A stretch of 63,419 nucleotides of DNA, filler included, from Reclinomonas americana ATCC 50394 (taxonomy: Eukaryota), in assembly GCA_048213135.1 (NCBI GenBank). It is 17 parts of 17 records of this genome, joined end to end, with 100 filler letters (N's around TTAATTAATTAA, not from the genome) between each part and the next. Parts side by side here need not be neighbours in the genome. Positions count along the whole stretch, not along the records: positions 1 to 7,227 come from AFZH01023430.1; positions 7,328 to 8,774 come from AFZH01023433.1; positions 8,875 to 11,928 come from AFZH01023438.1; positions 12,029 to 14,367 come from AFZH01023439.1; 13 more parts are not named here. One strand, 5' to 3'. Below, in pieces: positions 1-13,075 of this stretch; the stretch's first letter is position 1; every line of letters begins with the position of its first letter. The notes beneath the pieces are model-generated. The model searched no databases and had not been told where the DNA came from. It saw only the letters and a program-made list of their open reading frames with translations. A program made the position numbers and the translations under genes.

Positions 1-596
1 CTTCTTCTTCCTCCTCCGTCTCTCTCTCCTTTCCTCTCTCCCCCTCTTCCCTTGGTCACCCAGTTCTCATGTGTCTATTCTTCCTGTTACTGTCCTCGGT
101 TCGCTCTTCCCTTGTTCTTCTCCTCTCTCGGTCTTTCTCTCTCTCTCTCACACGCACACTCCGTTCCTCTCTCTTCCTCTGCCCTTGCTCACCTCACTGC
201 CTTCTGTCTATTCTTCTTCTCACTCTCTTCCATTCGCTCCTCCCTTCTTCTTCTCCGTCACTGCCTTCCTGTTCCCGTGCTCACCTCACTCTCCTCTCTA
301 TTCTTCCTCACACTCTCGTCTCTTTTGTCGTTCTTCTCGTCTCAATCTCTCTCTCTTCCTTCTCCGTTCCCTTCTCCTCGCACTCTCCCCCTCCTCTCTA
401 TCTCTCTCGTACACACACGCTCCTGTTGTCTTGCTTCCTCTTCCCTTGCTCACCTCACTGCCTTCTGTCTATTCTTCCTCTTAATATCCCTTCTCCTCCG
501 CTTCCTTCTCTCAGTCTCCCTTCTTCTCTCTTCTCCTCTCTTCTCCTCCTCTCCTCCCTTCTCCTCCTCCCCTCTCACTCACCTTCCCCCCCGCAG

Positions 597-3500
597 ACGA
601 CAAGGCGCTCCGCGCGGCATCTCTTGCCTCTGATCGGCGGCACACCACTGCGCTCTCGGGACCGCCTCCGATAGCGTTTGATGTCGCGCCACTGCCTGGC
701 AGTGCCTCGTCGGTGACCGACGCGGCCTCGTCGACGCTCGCAGCTGGAGCAGCAGGTCATCTGCAAGAGGGAACACCGCCAGTGGGCAAGGTGGAAGAAG
801 AAGAAGAAGAAGAGGAACAGGAGGAGGAGGAGGAGGAGGAGGAAGAAGAAGAGGAAGAGGCACCGGCATCGTCGAGTGTCTTGTCGTCGTCGCTGTCGTC
901 GTTGACGACGCACCTGTCGAGTCCACTGGCGCACACGCGGAATGGGAGCGGGAGTCTGCCATCTACGGAGGAGGACGGGTCGTGGGAGCGGGAAAAGGAT
1001 CGGGGTGCACCGGCAGTGGCGGTGGCGGCGGTGCGGCCGCCGCTGAGTCCTTCCATGGGCGCCGCCAAGCCACCACGGCCTCCGTCAGTGCGCAGTCCGT
1101 CGTCGTTGTTGTCGTCGCCGCCGTCGTCGCCGCCGCCGGTGTTGGGTGCGGTGTCGTCACCGGGAAGCGCCGGTGTGCTGTCCCCCATGGCGTCGCCGCC
1201 GGCCCCCTCATACACGCCGTCGCCGCTCAGCAGTGCCGCCGAGGGGCATGTGAGTCCCGGAGCGGTGTCGATCCAGGTGGTGTCCACGGGCACTGCCACA
1301 ATGCCGGTGAGCGGTGGTGCTGGTGCTGGTTCCGCCGTTGGCGGCGGTGGCGAGAGCAGTGGCACGACAGCCACTGTCCCACACGTGAAGATTTCGCTCG
1401 GTGGCTCTGCGCGCGGTACGGTGCAGCGATCGAACTCGATCAGCGCCTTCCCCGCCGGCATGTCGCTGGCGGAGCTGTTCCGCAAGCAAAAGGAGGAAGA
1501 AGATATCAAGAAGAAGATTGCCGACGCACCAAACTCGACGCTGGCGAAGAAGGCCGAGGTGGCCAAGGTCGACGCCATTCCCGGCTCACTATTGCTGTCG
1601 GATCGAGTGCCAGACATGCATGTTCCGCCGGTACGTGAGAGAGAGGGGAAGGGGGGAAAATCCCATGTTCCCTCTTGTTTTTTTTTGCTCATGGTGGTCG
1701 TGTCGTGACAGGTCACCCGCCGTGCCCGCTCTGCATCGCTGACCTCGTTCAATGGCATTCCGACGATTGACCCGAAGGTGGCTGATGGTTGGCGCGCCGA
1801 AGTTGGTCGGTCGTCGCCCGTGGTGCCTGTTGTCGAGAGTGGCACGGCCCCACCTTCGCCACCCATGTTGTCAGCCAGCACCTTCACCTCCGGTTCTTCT
1901 CTCGGTGGCTCACTACCGGCCTCACTAGCCTCACCGCCGACGGCGGAGGGGGCCAGCGGCAGCGCACCACCACGGCCACGCGGACGCACACGAAGTCGCT
2001 CTGTTGGGCCCGTGCTGCAGAACTTGCTGTTCCCACCATCGCAGCCGCCGCCCACCATTGAGCAGCTGGAGGAGATGGAGGGTTCGTCTATTCAGCAGCT
2101 GTCTTCTTTTCCCCGCTCTCTTTTTTCTTACTTGATCGTGTGCCTGCGTGTGTGTGCAGCGGAATCGGAGGAAGACGAGGCCTCCGAGTACACCAATTCG
2201 GAGGAGGCGGAGCGGCATCACGTGAGCATGATGGAGCAGATTACACGCGATTTGGGAGTGGTGGATGCCACAGAGGGCGCCCTCGAGGAAGACGCGTCTG
2301 CAGAGGAGGATTTGCAGACGACCGCCGAGAGCCTGTGGATGGAAAACGACTCGTTCTCCAACCAAATGTTTGGCATCTTGATTCCGCAGTGGATGGCCAG
2401 GGATCGATTTGGTTGCGTATGCCTCATCTTCCTCTCTTCCATGTGTATGCACGTGATTCTTACCGATGCTTGTGTGGGGCGCAGCGGGCGAGGAGGACGA
2501 GACAATCAAGGACGCCGAGGACATTGACCTGTGGACTGAACTCGAAGACAACGAAATTGTGCACGTGGTGTACGACGGACCTCAACTAAAGGCCGCCTCG
2601 ATCAACCGGCTCATCGAAATGTTTACGCCGGCGTCGGCGTGGCCGGACGCCAAGTTTATCAAGATTTTCCTGCAGACCTTCAAGTCGTTCCTCTCACCCG
2701 AGAAGCTGCTGCGGAAGCTGGTGCAAAGATATGTGGTGGTTGTGTTTTGTGTGTCATTGCCTCTCCAGTCGGGGTGCTGACTCCTTTTTTTCTTTCCCGT
2801 TCGAGCACATATGACGTGCCGCAGAATGACGATTTCCTCACACCGACCGGCGACCCGATTTGCATGTCCACGTCGGCCATTCAGCTGCGCGTCTGCAACA
2901 TGATTCGCCAATGGATGGAGGTCGACTTTTCGTCGTTCGACAAGCCGCTGCTGCAGACTCTGGAGGATTTCATCCGCACGAGACTCTCCACCGAGAAGAT
3001 CATGCAGCCGTACTCCCGCTTGCTGCGTGGTATTATTCATCGCAAGGTCTGGTGTTTTTGTTTCACTCCACACCATATTTCGTGTCTTGTTCTCACTTCT
3101 ATTGGGGGGCGGCAGTTGACGGGCGATGACGACAGTGCGGTGCCGGCCGGTGAGCCACCACTGCCGTTGGTACCCACGGAGATTGGAGCGGTGATCTCGT
3201 GGGAGAATGTGTGCGAGGAGGAACTGGCGCGCCAGCTCACGCTCATTGATTACGAGCTGTACAGAGTGATTTATGTGCGTCGAGGGTACAGGGGAAGGGT
3301 AGAAGGGGAAGGGGAAGAGAGAGTAAGGAGAAAGCGAATAGAGGAAGGTGGGAGGGAACGGGAAGAGAGAGGAAGGAGAAAGTGAATAGAGGAAGGTGGG
3401 AGGGAACGGGAAAGGGCATAGGTGAGAGAGAAAGAGGAGGGGGATTGAGAGAGGAAAAGGAGAGCGAGAAGAGGGAGGCCGTCAGCTCACTGGTAAATTC

Positions 3501-5928
3501 CTCACCCTCGGAGGGAGAGGGAGAGAGAGAGAGAGACAGGGTAAGGAGAACGGTGGAGTGGAGTGCAGTGGAATGGAATGGATTGAGACACAGAGAACAT
3601 GGGAGAGGACAGGGGCAAGGAGAGACGGAAGGGCGAGGAGGTGAAGGAGTAAGAGTGTGAAAGAGCAACGCAATTGTCTGGGAATTGGCTCGCGCCCTTG
3701 GGGAGAGAGAGCGATAGAGGCAGGGTGAGGAGAACGGTGGAGTGGAGTGCAGTGGAATGGAATGGATTGAGACGCAGAGAACATGGGAGAGGAGAGGGGC
3801 AAGGAGAGACGCAAGGGCGGTAAAGGAGTAAGAGAGTGTGGAAGAGAAACACAATTGTCTCGGAATGGCTAGCGCCCTTGGGGAGAGAGAGAGAGACTGA
3901 GAAGGAGATAGAGAGACTGAGAGAGACTGAAAGAAAGAAAGAGAGAGAGAGAGAGAGGAAGGGAAACGGGAAGCAAGAGAGGGTGAGAGACAACGAGAGA
4001 GATGTGAGAAAGAGACTATTTCAGTCGTGGCTCACTCGCTGGGAGGAAGGAGAGGGAAAGGGGAAGACAGAACTATGGAGAGGGATGAGAGAGTGTGTGA
4101 GTGGAGGGGGAAGAGAGAGAGAGAGAGAGACTGCATTAAGAGACTGAAGGGGAAGGAGAGAACAGGAATTGAGGATAACTAGGAGAGCGTGCATGAGGGA
4201 GTGAATGGAGGGGGAGTAAGAAATTGTCGGAGAGGGGAACTGGCACTGGGAGGAAGAGAGGAAGAATTGAGGGATTGTGTGAGTGTGTGAGTGGAGGGGG
4301 AAGGGAGAAAGACCACATTAAGAGATAGAAGGGGAAGGAGAGAAAAAGAATGGAGGGTAACTAGGAGAGCGTGCTGAGGGAGTGATAGCATTGAGGGGAA
4401 GTAAGAAATCGTCGGAGAGAGGAACTGTCACTGGGAGGGAGAGAGGAAGAAGTGAGGGACTGCGTGAGTATGTGAGGAGGAGGCCACTAGTGGGGTTAAT
4501 TGCTCTCACTCTGGGAGTGTGGGAGGAGTGAGAAAAGAGAGCGTGCGAGAGAGAAATTGTTTGAGATTGTGGCTCACACTCTCCCTCTTCTTTTATGCAG
4601 CCGTCCGAATATCTCGGTCAGGCGTGGAGCAAGCCAAAACTGCGACACAAGTGCCCGAACTTGATGAGTTGCGTCTCGAGTGTATTTCACACGCACACTG
4701 TCGTCTTTATGTGCTGACGCCTGTGTATCTCTGCGCCAGACATGATTCAACGCTTCAACAAGATTGGGTGCGTACCACCTCCCGCTCCCCCTACCTCTCT
4801 GTGTCGCTTCCCCCGCTCACTCCTCCGCACAGTCACTGGGTCGCCTCGCAAATCCTGCTGCCAACTTCGGTGTCAAGGAGAACGCACATGATTTGCAGAT
4901 TTATCCGGCTGGCGGTGGAGCTGAGGAAAATCAACAACTTCTCGTCGGTGGTCGCCGTGCTCTCCGGTCTGGACATGGATGGTGAGTCGCTGTGGTGGAT
5001 ATATCGATGCGCACACGGAGATTCTCACCACCCCGCCACAGGTGTCTTCCGTCTCAAGTGCTCGTTTGAGAACGTACCGAAGGAGCTGTTGGACGAGAAG
5101 GACAAGATGCGCGCGGAGATGGCGTCGGAGCGCAAGTACAGCAAGTATCGTGCCGCTCTTCGTGACTGCAAGCCGCCGGTCATTCCGTTCATGTTGCGTG
5201 TGTGATGATCTTGTTCCCCCTACATGTTTTGACTGTTGTTTTTTTCTGTTGCAGGGCGCCGTTCCAGAACGATTTGGTCGGAGTCGAGGATAACAACTGG
5301 AATACGATGTTGGTGGAGGGTGTGCGCATGATTAACTGGGAGAGGCGTCGGTTTACGTCGGAGGTGCGATAAGAGGGAAAGGAGGGGGATAAGAGGGGAA
5401 GGGAGAAGGGGGAAGAGGGAAGCAGTGAATTAGTTTGCAGTTTCTGAGGTTTCTGCACCTTAGAGTATCAGAGTTTGTACGTGTGTAAATGTGCAGAGGA
5501 ACGAAGAGGATGAGAGTGATTGTGTCTCTATTCTCTCCCTGTGAGCGCATTACGCTTGGTGCAAGACGGAGAGTGTGTGCTATCGTGAATCGTTTGGTTT
5601 CCTTACTTCATCACCTCTATGTCAGTTATTTGGACGTGCAAGCATTGTATATGATTCTCACCACCACTCTCTCCCCGCACCAGGTCATCCAGTACATGCT
5701 CTTTGGTCAGCAACATCCGTACAATTTCCGCGTCGTGCCTCAACTCAAGCAACAATTGGTCAAGATGGAGGGCACGATGACGGAGGTTTGCGCTCTCTTT
5801 TCGTGTGTGTGAATTATATTTGCGTGTCACCTCACTCTCGTACTCGCCTCTCCGACCAGAACGAGTCGTACAAGCTAAGTATGGTGCGCGAACCTCGCGG
5901 TGTAACAAAAGCCGAGCTGGAGCCATGA
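597..5928 (+). CDS. Ras guanine-nucleotide exchange factor (REM + CDC25 domains, long low-complexity N-terminus); multi-exon, 5'-incomplete
   Basis: The spliced product contains REM (LKAASINRLIEMFT...FIKIFLQTFKSFLSPEKLLRKLVQRYDVP...RVCNMIRQWME). It also contains CDC25 motifs (EEELARQLTLIDYELY, MIQRFNKIGHWVASQIL, INNFSSVVAVLSGL, PVIPFMAPFQNDL, MINWERRR, YKLSMVREPR). An acceptor lies at 596 after a pyrimidine-rich intron, and the stop is TGA at 5926-5928. Confidence 0.93.
3275..4600 (+). repeat. 1.3-kb purine-rich low-complexity intron of the RasGEF gene with internal duplications
   Basis: GTGCGT...ATGCAG boundaries restore VIY|PSEYLG. The sequence is GA-rich, with duplicated blocks such as GGAGAACGGTGGAGTGGAGTGCAGTGGAATGGAATGGATTGAGAC at ~3545 and ~3730. 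Confidence 0.8.
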
Positions 5929-6295
5929 GGTGGTGCCTGGAGAAAAACACGACCCTCTCGACAGTGATTACGATGCACAGGAGCAATGTAAAACTACAAT
6001 GTGTCTTGTTGTTGCAGGGGAAAGGGGGAAGGTAGGATGGAGGTGGAGGGGAAGGCAACTGGCGTGGTGGAGGGGAAGGAGACTGAGGGGAAGGAGTGTG
6101 GTTGAGAAAATAGAGGCTGGTGAGGTGGTGGGGATGGAGACGGAGGTGCACCACTTGTCAAGGGCACGTCACGTGCTCGCACCAGTGGCTGACTTATGAA
6201 AGCGTGTCTGTTTCACGACGGTCTCTGTGGAGTCTCGGTTGCAGCGCTGCGGTGACAGACTTTTGACTGCTATCTGGTCATTGCCATACGATAGC

Positions 6296-6704
6296 GCGAT
6301 TCGTTGTGACTGTCTCCGTCGTGTGGGATACACATGCAGTCCGTCGTCATGCAAAGACGACAATTTCAACTGTAAACGCGTTGTCTGCTTGCTTTCTGTC
6401 GCTGTCGGCTGCAGGTCAGTCAACGCGCACACTTTCTGAGTCACTTTCCACCGTGTGAGAACTCTAGCGCCGAGGGAAACCACAACCAGCTTGTGTAATA
6501 TCAAGCGATTCGTTGTGGCTGCTCTTCGTTGTTTGGCATACACATGCAGTCCACAGCATGCAAATATTAATGAATGGTCCCGTCATACAAAGACGACAGA
6601 TTCAACTGGAAATGCGTTCGCTGCTTGCTTCCTGTCGGTGACGGCTGCAGCCTACAAACGTGCTCATCTTCTGCATCATTCTCCATCGTGTGAGAACTCT
6701 AGCG
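6296..6704. repeat. Diverged tandem direct repeat (2 x ~175-200 bp), intergenic
   Basis: GCGATTCGTTGTG...ACACATGCAGTCC...CAAAGACGACA...TGTGAGAACTCTAGCGC occurs at 6296-6470 and again at 6506-6704. Confidence 0.8.
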
Positions 6705-6995
6705 CACACGAAACTACAAACATCTTGTGTAATCACATCTTATGTACACCAAAAAACGACCGCGACTCTTCCGTATCTCCGCGTGCGGATGGCGCGCACG
6801 CTGTTCAGCAGCAGCACACATGCGCCCACTCGCACCGTCACCATGTTCCCCAGCGTTCACCGCAACACCGCAGCAAAAACCGATGGCGAAGGCGGGAACT
6901 GCCACCACTACGATTTCTATCCGCAATCACCACAACCGCACCTCACATCATCATTGCCTTCTGTGTCGTCGCTGTCTCCTCCACCTGGCTTTTCC

Positions 6996-7124
6996 ATGTC
7001 GGCGGCCTCTATGAGGAGGTCGCCAGTGTCGACTGTGGCGCAGGTGGTGGGCGCGGCGAGGCAGGAGATTGTGATGCGTGTGAAGCAGTTGGTGTATGAG
7101 GATGGGTCGTCGTATAATGGGCAG
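6996..7124 (+). CDS. First exon of a MORN-repeat protein (remainder lost in gap)
   Basis: MSAASMRRSP...VKQLVYEDGSSYNGQ is followed by a GTGAGG donor. YxDGSxYxG is the MORN consensus. Confidence 0.6.
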
Positions 7125-7227
7125 GTGAGGGTGGGGAGAAGGGGAGGGCAGAAGGGGGGAGGGAGGGAGGGAGAGAGGGAGGGAGAGATCGATGAAGATC
7201 TGGTGGCAAGAGAGAGAGAGAGAGAGA

Positions 7228-7327
7228 NNNNNNNNNNNNNNNNNNNNNNNNNNNNNNNNNNNNNNNNNNNNTTAATTAATTAANNNNNNNNNNNNNNNNN
7301 NNNNNNNNNNNNNNNNNNNNNNNNNNN
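7228..7327. other. Artificial contig linker N44-TTAATTAATTAA-N44 (16 copies in window)
   Basis: An identical 100-nt spacer with stops in all six frames starts at about 7228, 8775, 11929, 14368, 19722, 23676, 25181, 26978, 32205, 38062, 40940, 43083, 53452, 54936, 57960 and 60885. Confidence 0.99.
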
Positions 7328-7650
7328 GTAGAAACGGCAGGAAACGTGGTACAAATTCGAAGCGGCTGCCTTTTTGTGCCTAGCATGAACGTGTTGGGGG
7401 ACCTGACGCAGCAGCTACGTAGGTGACCAGATTCTACAAGCGCCCGCTGTCCGAGGACAGTCGACAAGTTAGTGTGGACATTTCGCTCGATGACTCACGT
7501 CTCGATTTGTCACACACTCTCAATCACAGTGGCGCGTGCGTGCGTGCAGAGAGGCGCGTCTCCACTACTGGCTGCTCTTACAACACACACACACACACGC
7601 TCACTTTTTCCATTTTGTGAGTAGACCACTTTTATCCACACAACACACAA

Positions 7651-8007
7651 ATGTCGTATCACTATTACGGCCCCGAGAATGCGCTCAAGCGTGCAGGCGG
7701 TGAGTGGAGAAACAGAGAGAGAGCGAGAGCGAGACAAAAGTAGGGCCATGTTGTCTGCACATGGTGTTCATGTCATGCGCACACACCCTCTCTCTGCTCT
7801 GCTCTCTCTCACACGCGTTTGCCCCCCATTGCAGAGCTCATTCGTGTGGGACACCGCGGAGAGGCACTTCAAGCACTTCACGATGTGCTGGCGCTCAATC
7901 GCCGAAAGTTCCTCTGGCAAAAGGCCTATGAGGACCTCATGATGTTGTACATTGAGCTGTGCGTGGAGCTGCGTCGTGGTCGCCTGGCCAAGGATGGTCT
8001 CATTCAG
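7651..8007 (+). CDS. EIF3A: Translation initiation factor 3 subunit A, exons 1-2 (3'-incomplete)
   Basis: Exons 7651-7699 + 7835-8007 give [35 protein letters not shown]...[31 protein letters not shown], the conserved eIF3a/TIF32 N-terminus. Confidence 0.95.
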
Positions 8008-8774
8008 GTTGGAAACGAGGGGGAATGAGGAAGGGGGAAAGGGGGAAGAGCTGTCTGTGATTGCATCTCTCCTCTCACTGTCTCTTGTGTGTGTGTCTCT
8101 GTCTCTTTACATACCTGGTTGTCTCTTGTGTCACTCTGCATGCCGATCTCTCTGTCTCTCGTAAGTCTGCCTAACTGTCTCTCCGTGTGCGCGTTGTCTC
8201 TCTCTCTCTCTGCATCTCTGTGTTGATGTCTCTCTGTCTGTGTTGCTGTCCCTCTGTCTGTCTTTGTGTCTCCCTGAATCTCTGCGTGCTTGTGCATTCG
8301 TCTGTGTCTCTCTGTCTCTTGCATGTCTGCTTGTCTCAGTATCACTCTGCATGCCGATCTCTCTGTCTCTCGTAAGTCTGCCTCACTGTCTCTCCGTGTG
8401 CGCGTTGTCTCTCTCTCTCTCTGCATCTCTGTGTTGATGTCTCTCTGTCTGTCTTTGTGTCTCCCTGAATCTCTGCGTGCTTGTGCATTCGTGCGTGACA
8501 CTCTGCGTCTCTTTGTTGCTGTCTCTCTGTCTCTTTGCATGCCTGCTTGTCTCAGTGACTCTGCATGCCGATCTCGCTGTCTCTCGTGTCTCCCTGAGTC
8601 TCTTCGTGCTTGTGCATTCGTGCGTGACACTCTGCGTCTCTTTGTTGCTGTCTCTCTGTCTCTCTGCATGCCTATCTCTATGTCTGTGTATCTTACTCAT
8701 TCTCTATGTCTTTCTGAGTCTCTGCGTGCTTGTACATTCTTCTGTGTGTCTCTCTATGTTGCCGTCTCTTTGCA
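8008..8774 (+). repeat. Degenerate CT/TG-rich tandem repeats inside an eIF3a intron
   Basis: Recurring units such as CTCTGCATGCCGATCTC and CCCTGAATCTCTGCGTGCTTGTGCATTCG. Confidence 0.8.
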
Positions 8775-10047
8775 NNNNNNNNNNNNNNNNNNNNNNNNNN
8801 NNNNNNNNNNNNNNNNNNTTAATTAATTAANNNNNNNNNNNNNNNNNNNNNNNNNNNNNNNNNNNNNNNNNNNNCGCTACCCTTATCAGACAGTCCCGCC
8901 AGAGGCCTCTGGAATCCGCCGCCAGATCGAGTCGATGGTTCGTGATACTGGTGATTTCGATATCCGTGTTGTTCTTGAACTTCACACTCACCTGCATGTG
9001 TGTACACAGAACTTGCACACGACGACGACCCAGGTCGACGAACACCTGATGCAGGCTCTTCGCGAAGGTACCGTGTTGTCGGCATATGCTTGATTTTGCG
9101 CATGCAGTCGTTTTTGCTCACTCTTCTTGTATATGTACCCACTCAGTGTACATTGATCGACGCCACCACACGCGTGCCCCAGGCCGCTCCAAGTCGTCAT
9201 CACCTGTGCCGGCGGTCAACGTTGTGTCGCACGTGATGATGTACGCATCGCTGCCGGCGGCCGACATTGATGACTCTCGCAAGCTGCTGCTGCAGCACAT
9301 GTGCCAAGCACACAACACAGCGCCGTCGCCGGCGTGGTATTAGAGAGAGAGAGAGAGAGAGAGGTGCAGGCAAGAAGAAGATCGCTCGATTGTGACAGCG
9401 TGTCGTGATCGATGCAGAAAAAAGGAGAGTGAGTGTGAGAAAAAGTAGAGATCTAGAATGTACAGCATGAAACTTTATTGCAGTGCAGGTCTTGCGGATG
9501 AAGCCCCAAGAGCGAACACACACACACACACACACACACAAGAAACCTGCTGCTGCCTTCAAGACTGGTGTTTGTGTTGATGTTCTGGAATCATGGTTGG
9601 ACTTGAGATTGATCATGATCATCAGCAGTTTTCTGGTTGTTGGTGAATGAATTGTTGTTACGCCTCCTGACCATGCAAACGCAAACAGTGATCAGATGAG
9701 TGGCAGCCAGTGAGCACCATCAGGCCACACATACTGCACATGCGCGATCACCAACTGTTGACAATGAAGTTCCTTCCGAGACACAAACAAACATGCATGA
9801 CGAGTTGATATCAATCGATGTCTCGTCACCACAGCGTGCATGCTGCTTGCGTTTATGGTGCGAGCATATGACCACCCAAGGCGACCATCGATGGTGTGGA
9901 CACAAGGTTGCATGCGTTGTCATCAGTTCATTCGTGATCATGATATCGGAATCATTACATCAATACCGGCAGCGAATGACAGAGAAAGCATGGCACCGTC
10001 ATAAAGAATCACTGCTAAAAGAAGAGAGAAGTGCCCGCTGACGCTGT

Positions 10048-10881
10048 TCAGGCAGAGATGCCGCACGACGTCCACGCGATGCGTCCAGTGGCTGGTCCGA
10101 ACACGCCCATCCACCTGAACACACGCACAATCACTCTCATCAGACACTCTTTGTCTACGTGCACAGCACACTGCAAGTACACCCACCAGTTGAACGTGGC
10201 CTGGTCAAGCGTGTCCGAGCGAGCCTCCGATCCGAAGCACTGTTCACCGTCATGAGGGATCCGGCAGAGAAACGCAATGCGAACAATCGAACACCACAAA
10301 CGCAACGTTGTGAGTGTGCTCGTGCGCCATCAGTGCTGCGATGCATGCACGGCGGTTCTTGCGTGTGTTGGTGGCATCGCCGCCAGCTGCGCTCGAAGCC
10401 GCAGACTGTATATCGATCACCAACGATGAGTGAGACTCTGCACAACACCGCGAGCTGCATGCAACCACACTTCCGCTCACCTGCACAGAGTCGAGCCAGC
10501 CCTCGTCGATGTAGCAGGTGCTGAATCCCGGGTACGACAGGCCAGCGACGCCAGGCGACAGCGTGGTGCACACGGTATCACCAGAACTGCAAGAAGCGCA
10601 ACACAGTTGAGCACAAACAAAAAATGCGCAGCAGCTGCATTCTTGTTGCGTCCGTCACGCAACGTGGAGAACTTGTCGTGCAGGCACGAGTGAACGTCGA
10701 GGCCAGTGGCACGCTCGACTGTGGACTCGTAGTCGCTCCATCGATCGGCGATGTTGAAGTAGATGGCGGAGATGTCGGTGTCGAACGGCGCCTCGCAGCT
10801 GGTGATGGTGTGCGTCGCCGAAGCGAGTTGCACAATGGCGCAGAGGGCGAGAGCAACGAGAAGGAGGTTGCGGTGGATCAT
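10048..10881 (-). CDS. Secreted 180-aa HExxH zincin-like protein, copy 1 (5 exons)
   Basis: Exons 10881-10664, 10586-10481, 10405-10307, 10239-10187 and 10114-10048 total 543 nt in frame. Signal peptide MIHRNLLLVALALCAIVQLASA; motif ALMAHEHTHNCFGSE. Confidence 0.75.
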
Positions 10882-12230
10882 GTTGAGAGGGGTGTGGTGT
10901 GTTTTGTTGTGGGACTGAGAGTTGTTGTTGCCTTGGCTCACAGGAGAGAGAGAGAAGAGGGGGTTGAATACTGCGGCTCATCGCTCCAATTATTATCATG
11001 AAATGATCAACCGCGCGAGATGGCAGGAACAGCGGTTGCGCGCAAGCTGCGGTTGACCAATGCATGCTGCGCCGTCTTGTCGTAGTGGGCGGGATCGCAG
11101 GGCACACCCCACATCACTCTTGAGTGAGGCAACAAAAGGTGTTGCAGGAGGGAGAAGCCAAAATGTCAACCAGTTCGGGTGTTTTCGATATTCCGATCGT
11201 TGCGAACGCAAGGTGTGCATGATGCTCCGTCGCTTCACCGACAGCACTCGCCGCCGGAATATGTGTCAGAGTGGATGGAGTGTGGGAGAGCGAAGCAGCC
11301 TGGCTGTGAGAGTGAGTTGTCTGGGTGGTTTCAGTCGTGTGTCCGGATGTGTATTCTTGCACTTCAAAATCGTCGGAAATCTGCATGCACGCAGCGACGC
11401 GACAAGGAGACGGCTCAGTCATGCAACAGGCAGTTACTCTCGGAATTGGCAAGGTGGGAGCACGATCGCTGCACTGCAGGGAGCGCTGCGCGCGCACGCA
11501 TGCAGCTCGCACGAAAAGCTGCGCGCGCACATCTGCGCAGCGATTATCATTGTTAGCGAAACGCCAGCGTGTTGAGAGCTTGCTGTGAGTCCAGCACATC
11601 ATACTTGAGAAGCAATGTGCATCATCCTCTGAGTGGAGCACAGACAGCGTTTGTGCATAAGTGAGAGTGATCATGATCTGCTGTTTTGTTCGCAATCAGC
11701 AGCTGCTAACCACTCCTGACCAGCACACGCAACAGCGATCAGATGAGTGGCAGCCAGTGATCAACAACAGGCCACGCGTACTGCACATGTGCGATCACCA
11801 ACTGTTGAGATCTGACAATGAAATGCCTTCCGAGACACAAACAAACAACATGCGATGCACTGATGATATCGATCGCTGCGATATCCCTGGATCAGTTCGT
11901 CACCGATTCAGTGCCATCCGTGTATGTCNNNNNNNNNNNNNNNNNNNNNNNNNNNNNNNNNNNNNNNNNNNNTTAATTAATTAANNNNNNNNNNNNNNNN
12001 NNNNNNNNNNNNNNNNNNNNNNNNNNNNGTGTGACATATGACCGCCTAGGCGACCACTGATGGTGCGTGTTGGTGGACGTGGACACAAGGTTGCATGCGT
12101 TGTCATCAGTTCATTCGTGATCATAATATCGGAATCATTACATCAATACCGGCAGCGAATGACAGAGAACGCATGGCACCGTCATAAAGAATCACTGCTA
12201 AAAGAAGAGAGAAGTGCCCGCTGACGCTAT

Positions 12231-13075
12231 TCAGGCAGAGATGCCGCACGACGTCCACGCGATGCGTCCAGTGGCTGGTCCGAACACGCCCATCCACCTG
12301 AACACACGCACAATCACTCTCATCAGACACACACACACGTCCATGTGCGCAGCACCGTGAACACATACACACGCACCAGTTGAACGTGGCCTGGTCAAGC
12401 GTATCCGAGCGAGCCTCCGATCCGAAGCACTGTTCACCGTCATGAGGGATCCGGCAGAGAAACGCAATGCGAACAATCGAACACCACAAACGCAACGTTG
12501 TGAGTGTGCTCGTGCGCCATCAGTGCTGCGATGCATGCACGGCGATTCTTGCGTGTGTTGGTGGCATCGCCGCCAGCTGCGCTCGAAGCCGCAGACTGCA
12601 TACCGATCACCAACGATGAGTGAGACTCTGCACCACACCGCACGCGAGCTGCATGCATGCGCAACCACACTTCCGCTCACCTGCACAGAGTCGAGCCAGC
12701 CCTCGTCGATGTAGCAGGTGCTGAATCCCGGGTACGACAGGCCAGCGACGCCAGGCGACAGCGTGGTGCACACGGTATCACCAGAACTGCAAGCAGCGCA
12801 ACACAGTTGAGAACAAACAAAAAATGCGCAGCTGCATTCTTGCATCCGTCACGCAACGTGGAGAACTTGTCGTGCAGACACGAGTGAACGTCGAGGCCAG
12901 TGGCACGCTCGACTGTGGACTCGTAGTCGCTCCACCGATCGGCGATGTTGAAGTAGATGGCTGAGATGTCGGTGTCGAACGGCGCCTCGCAGCTGGTGAT
13001 GGTGTGCGTCGCCGAAGCGAGTTGCACAATGGCGCAGAGGGCGAGAGCAACGAGAATGAGGTTGCGGTGGATCAT
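12231..13075 (-). CDS. Secreted HExxH zincin-like protein, copy 2
   Basis: Near-identical exons and the same intron positions as copy 1; introns and flanks are more diverged. Confidence 0.75.

Noticed and set aside
52..674. Long Leu/Ser/Phe-rich ORFs here and at 3243-4509, 8004-8830 and 16463-17294
   Set aside because: These are stop-poor CT/GA low-complexity intron sequence, not coding.
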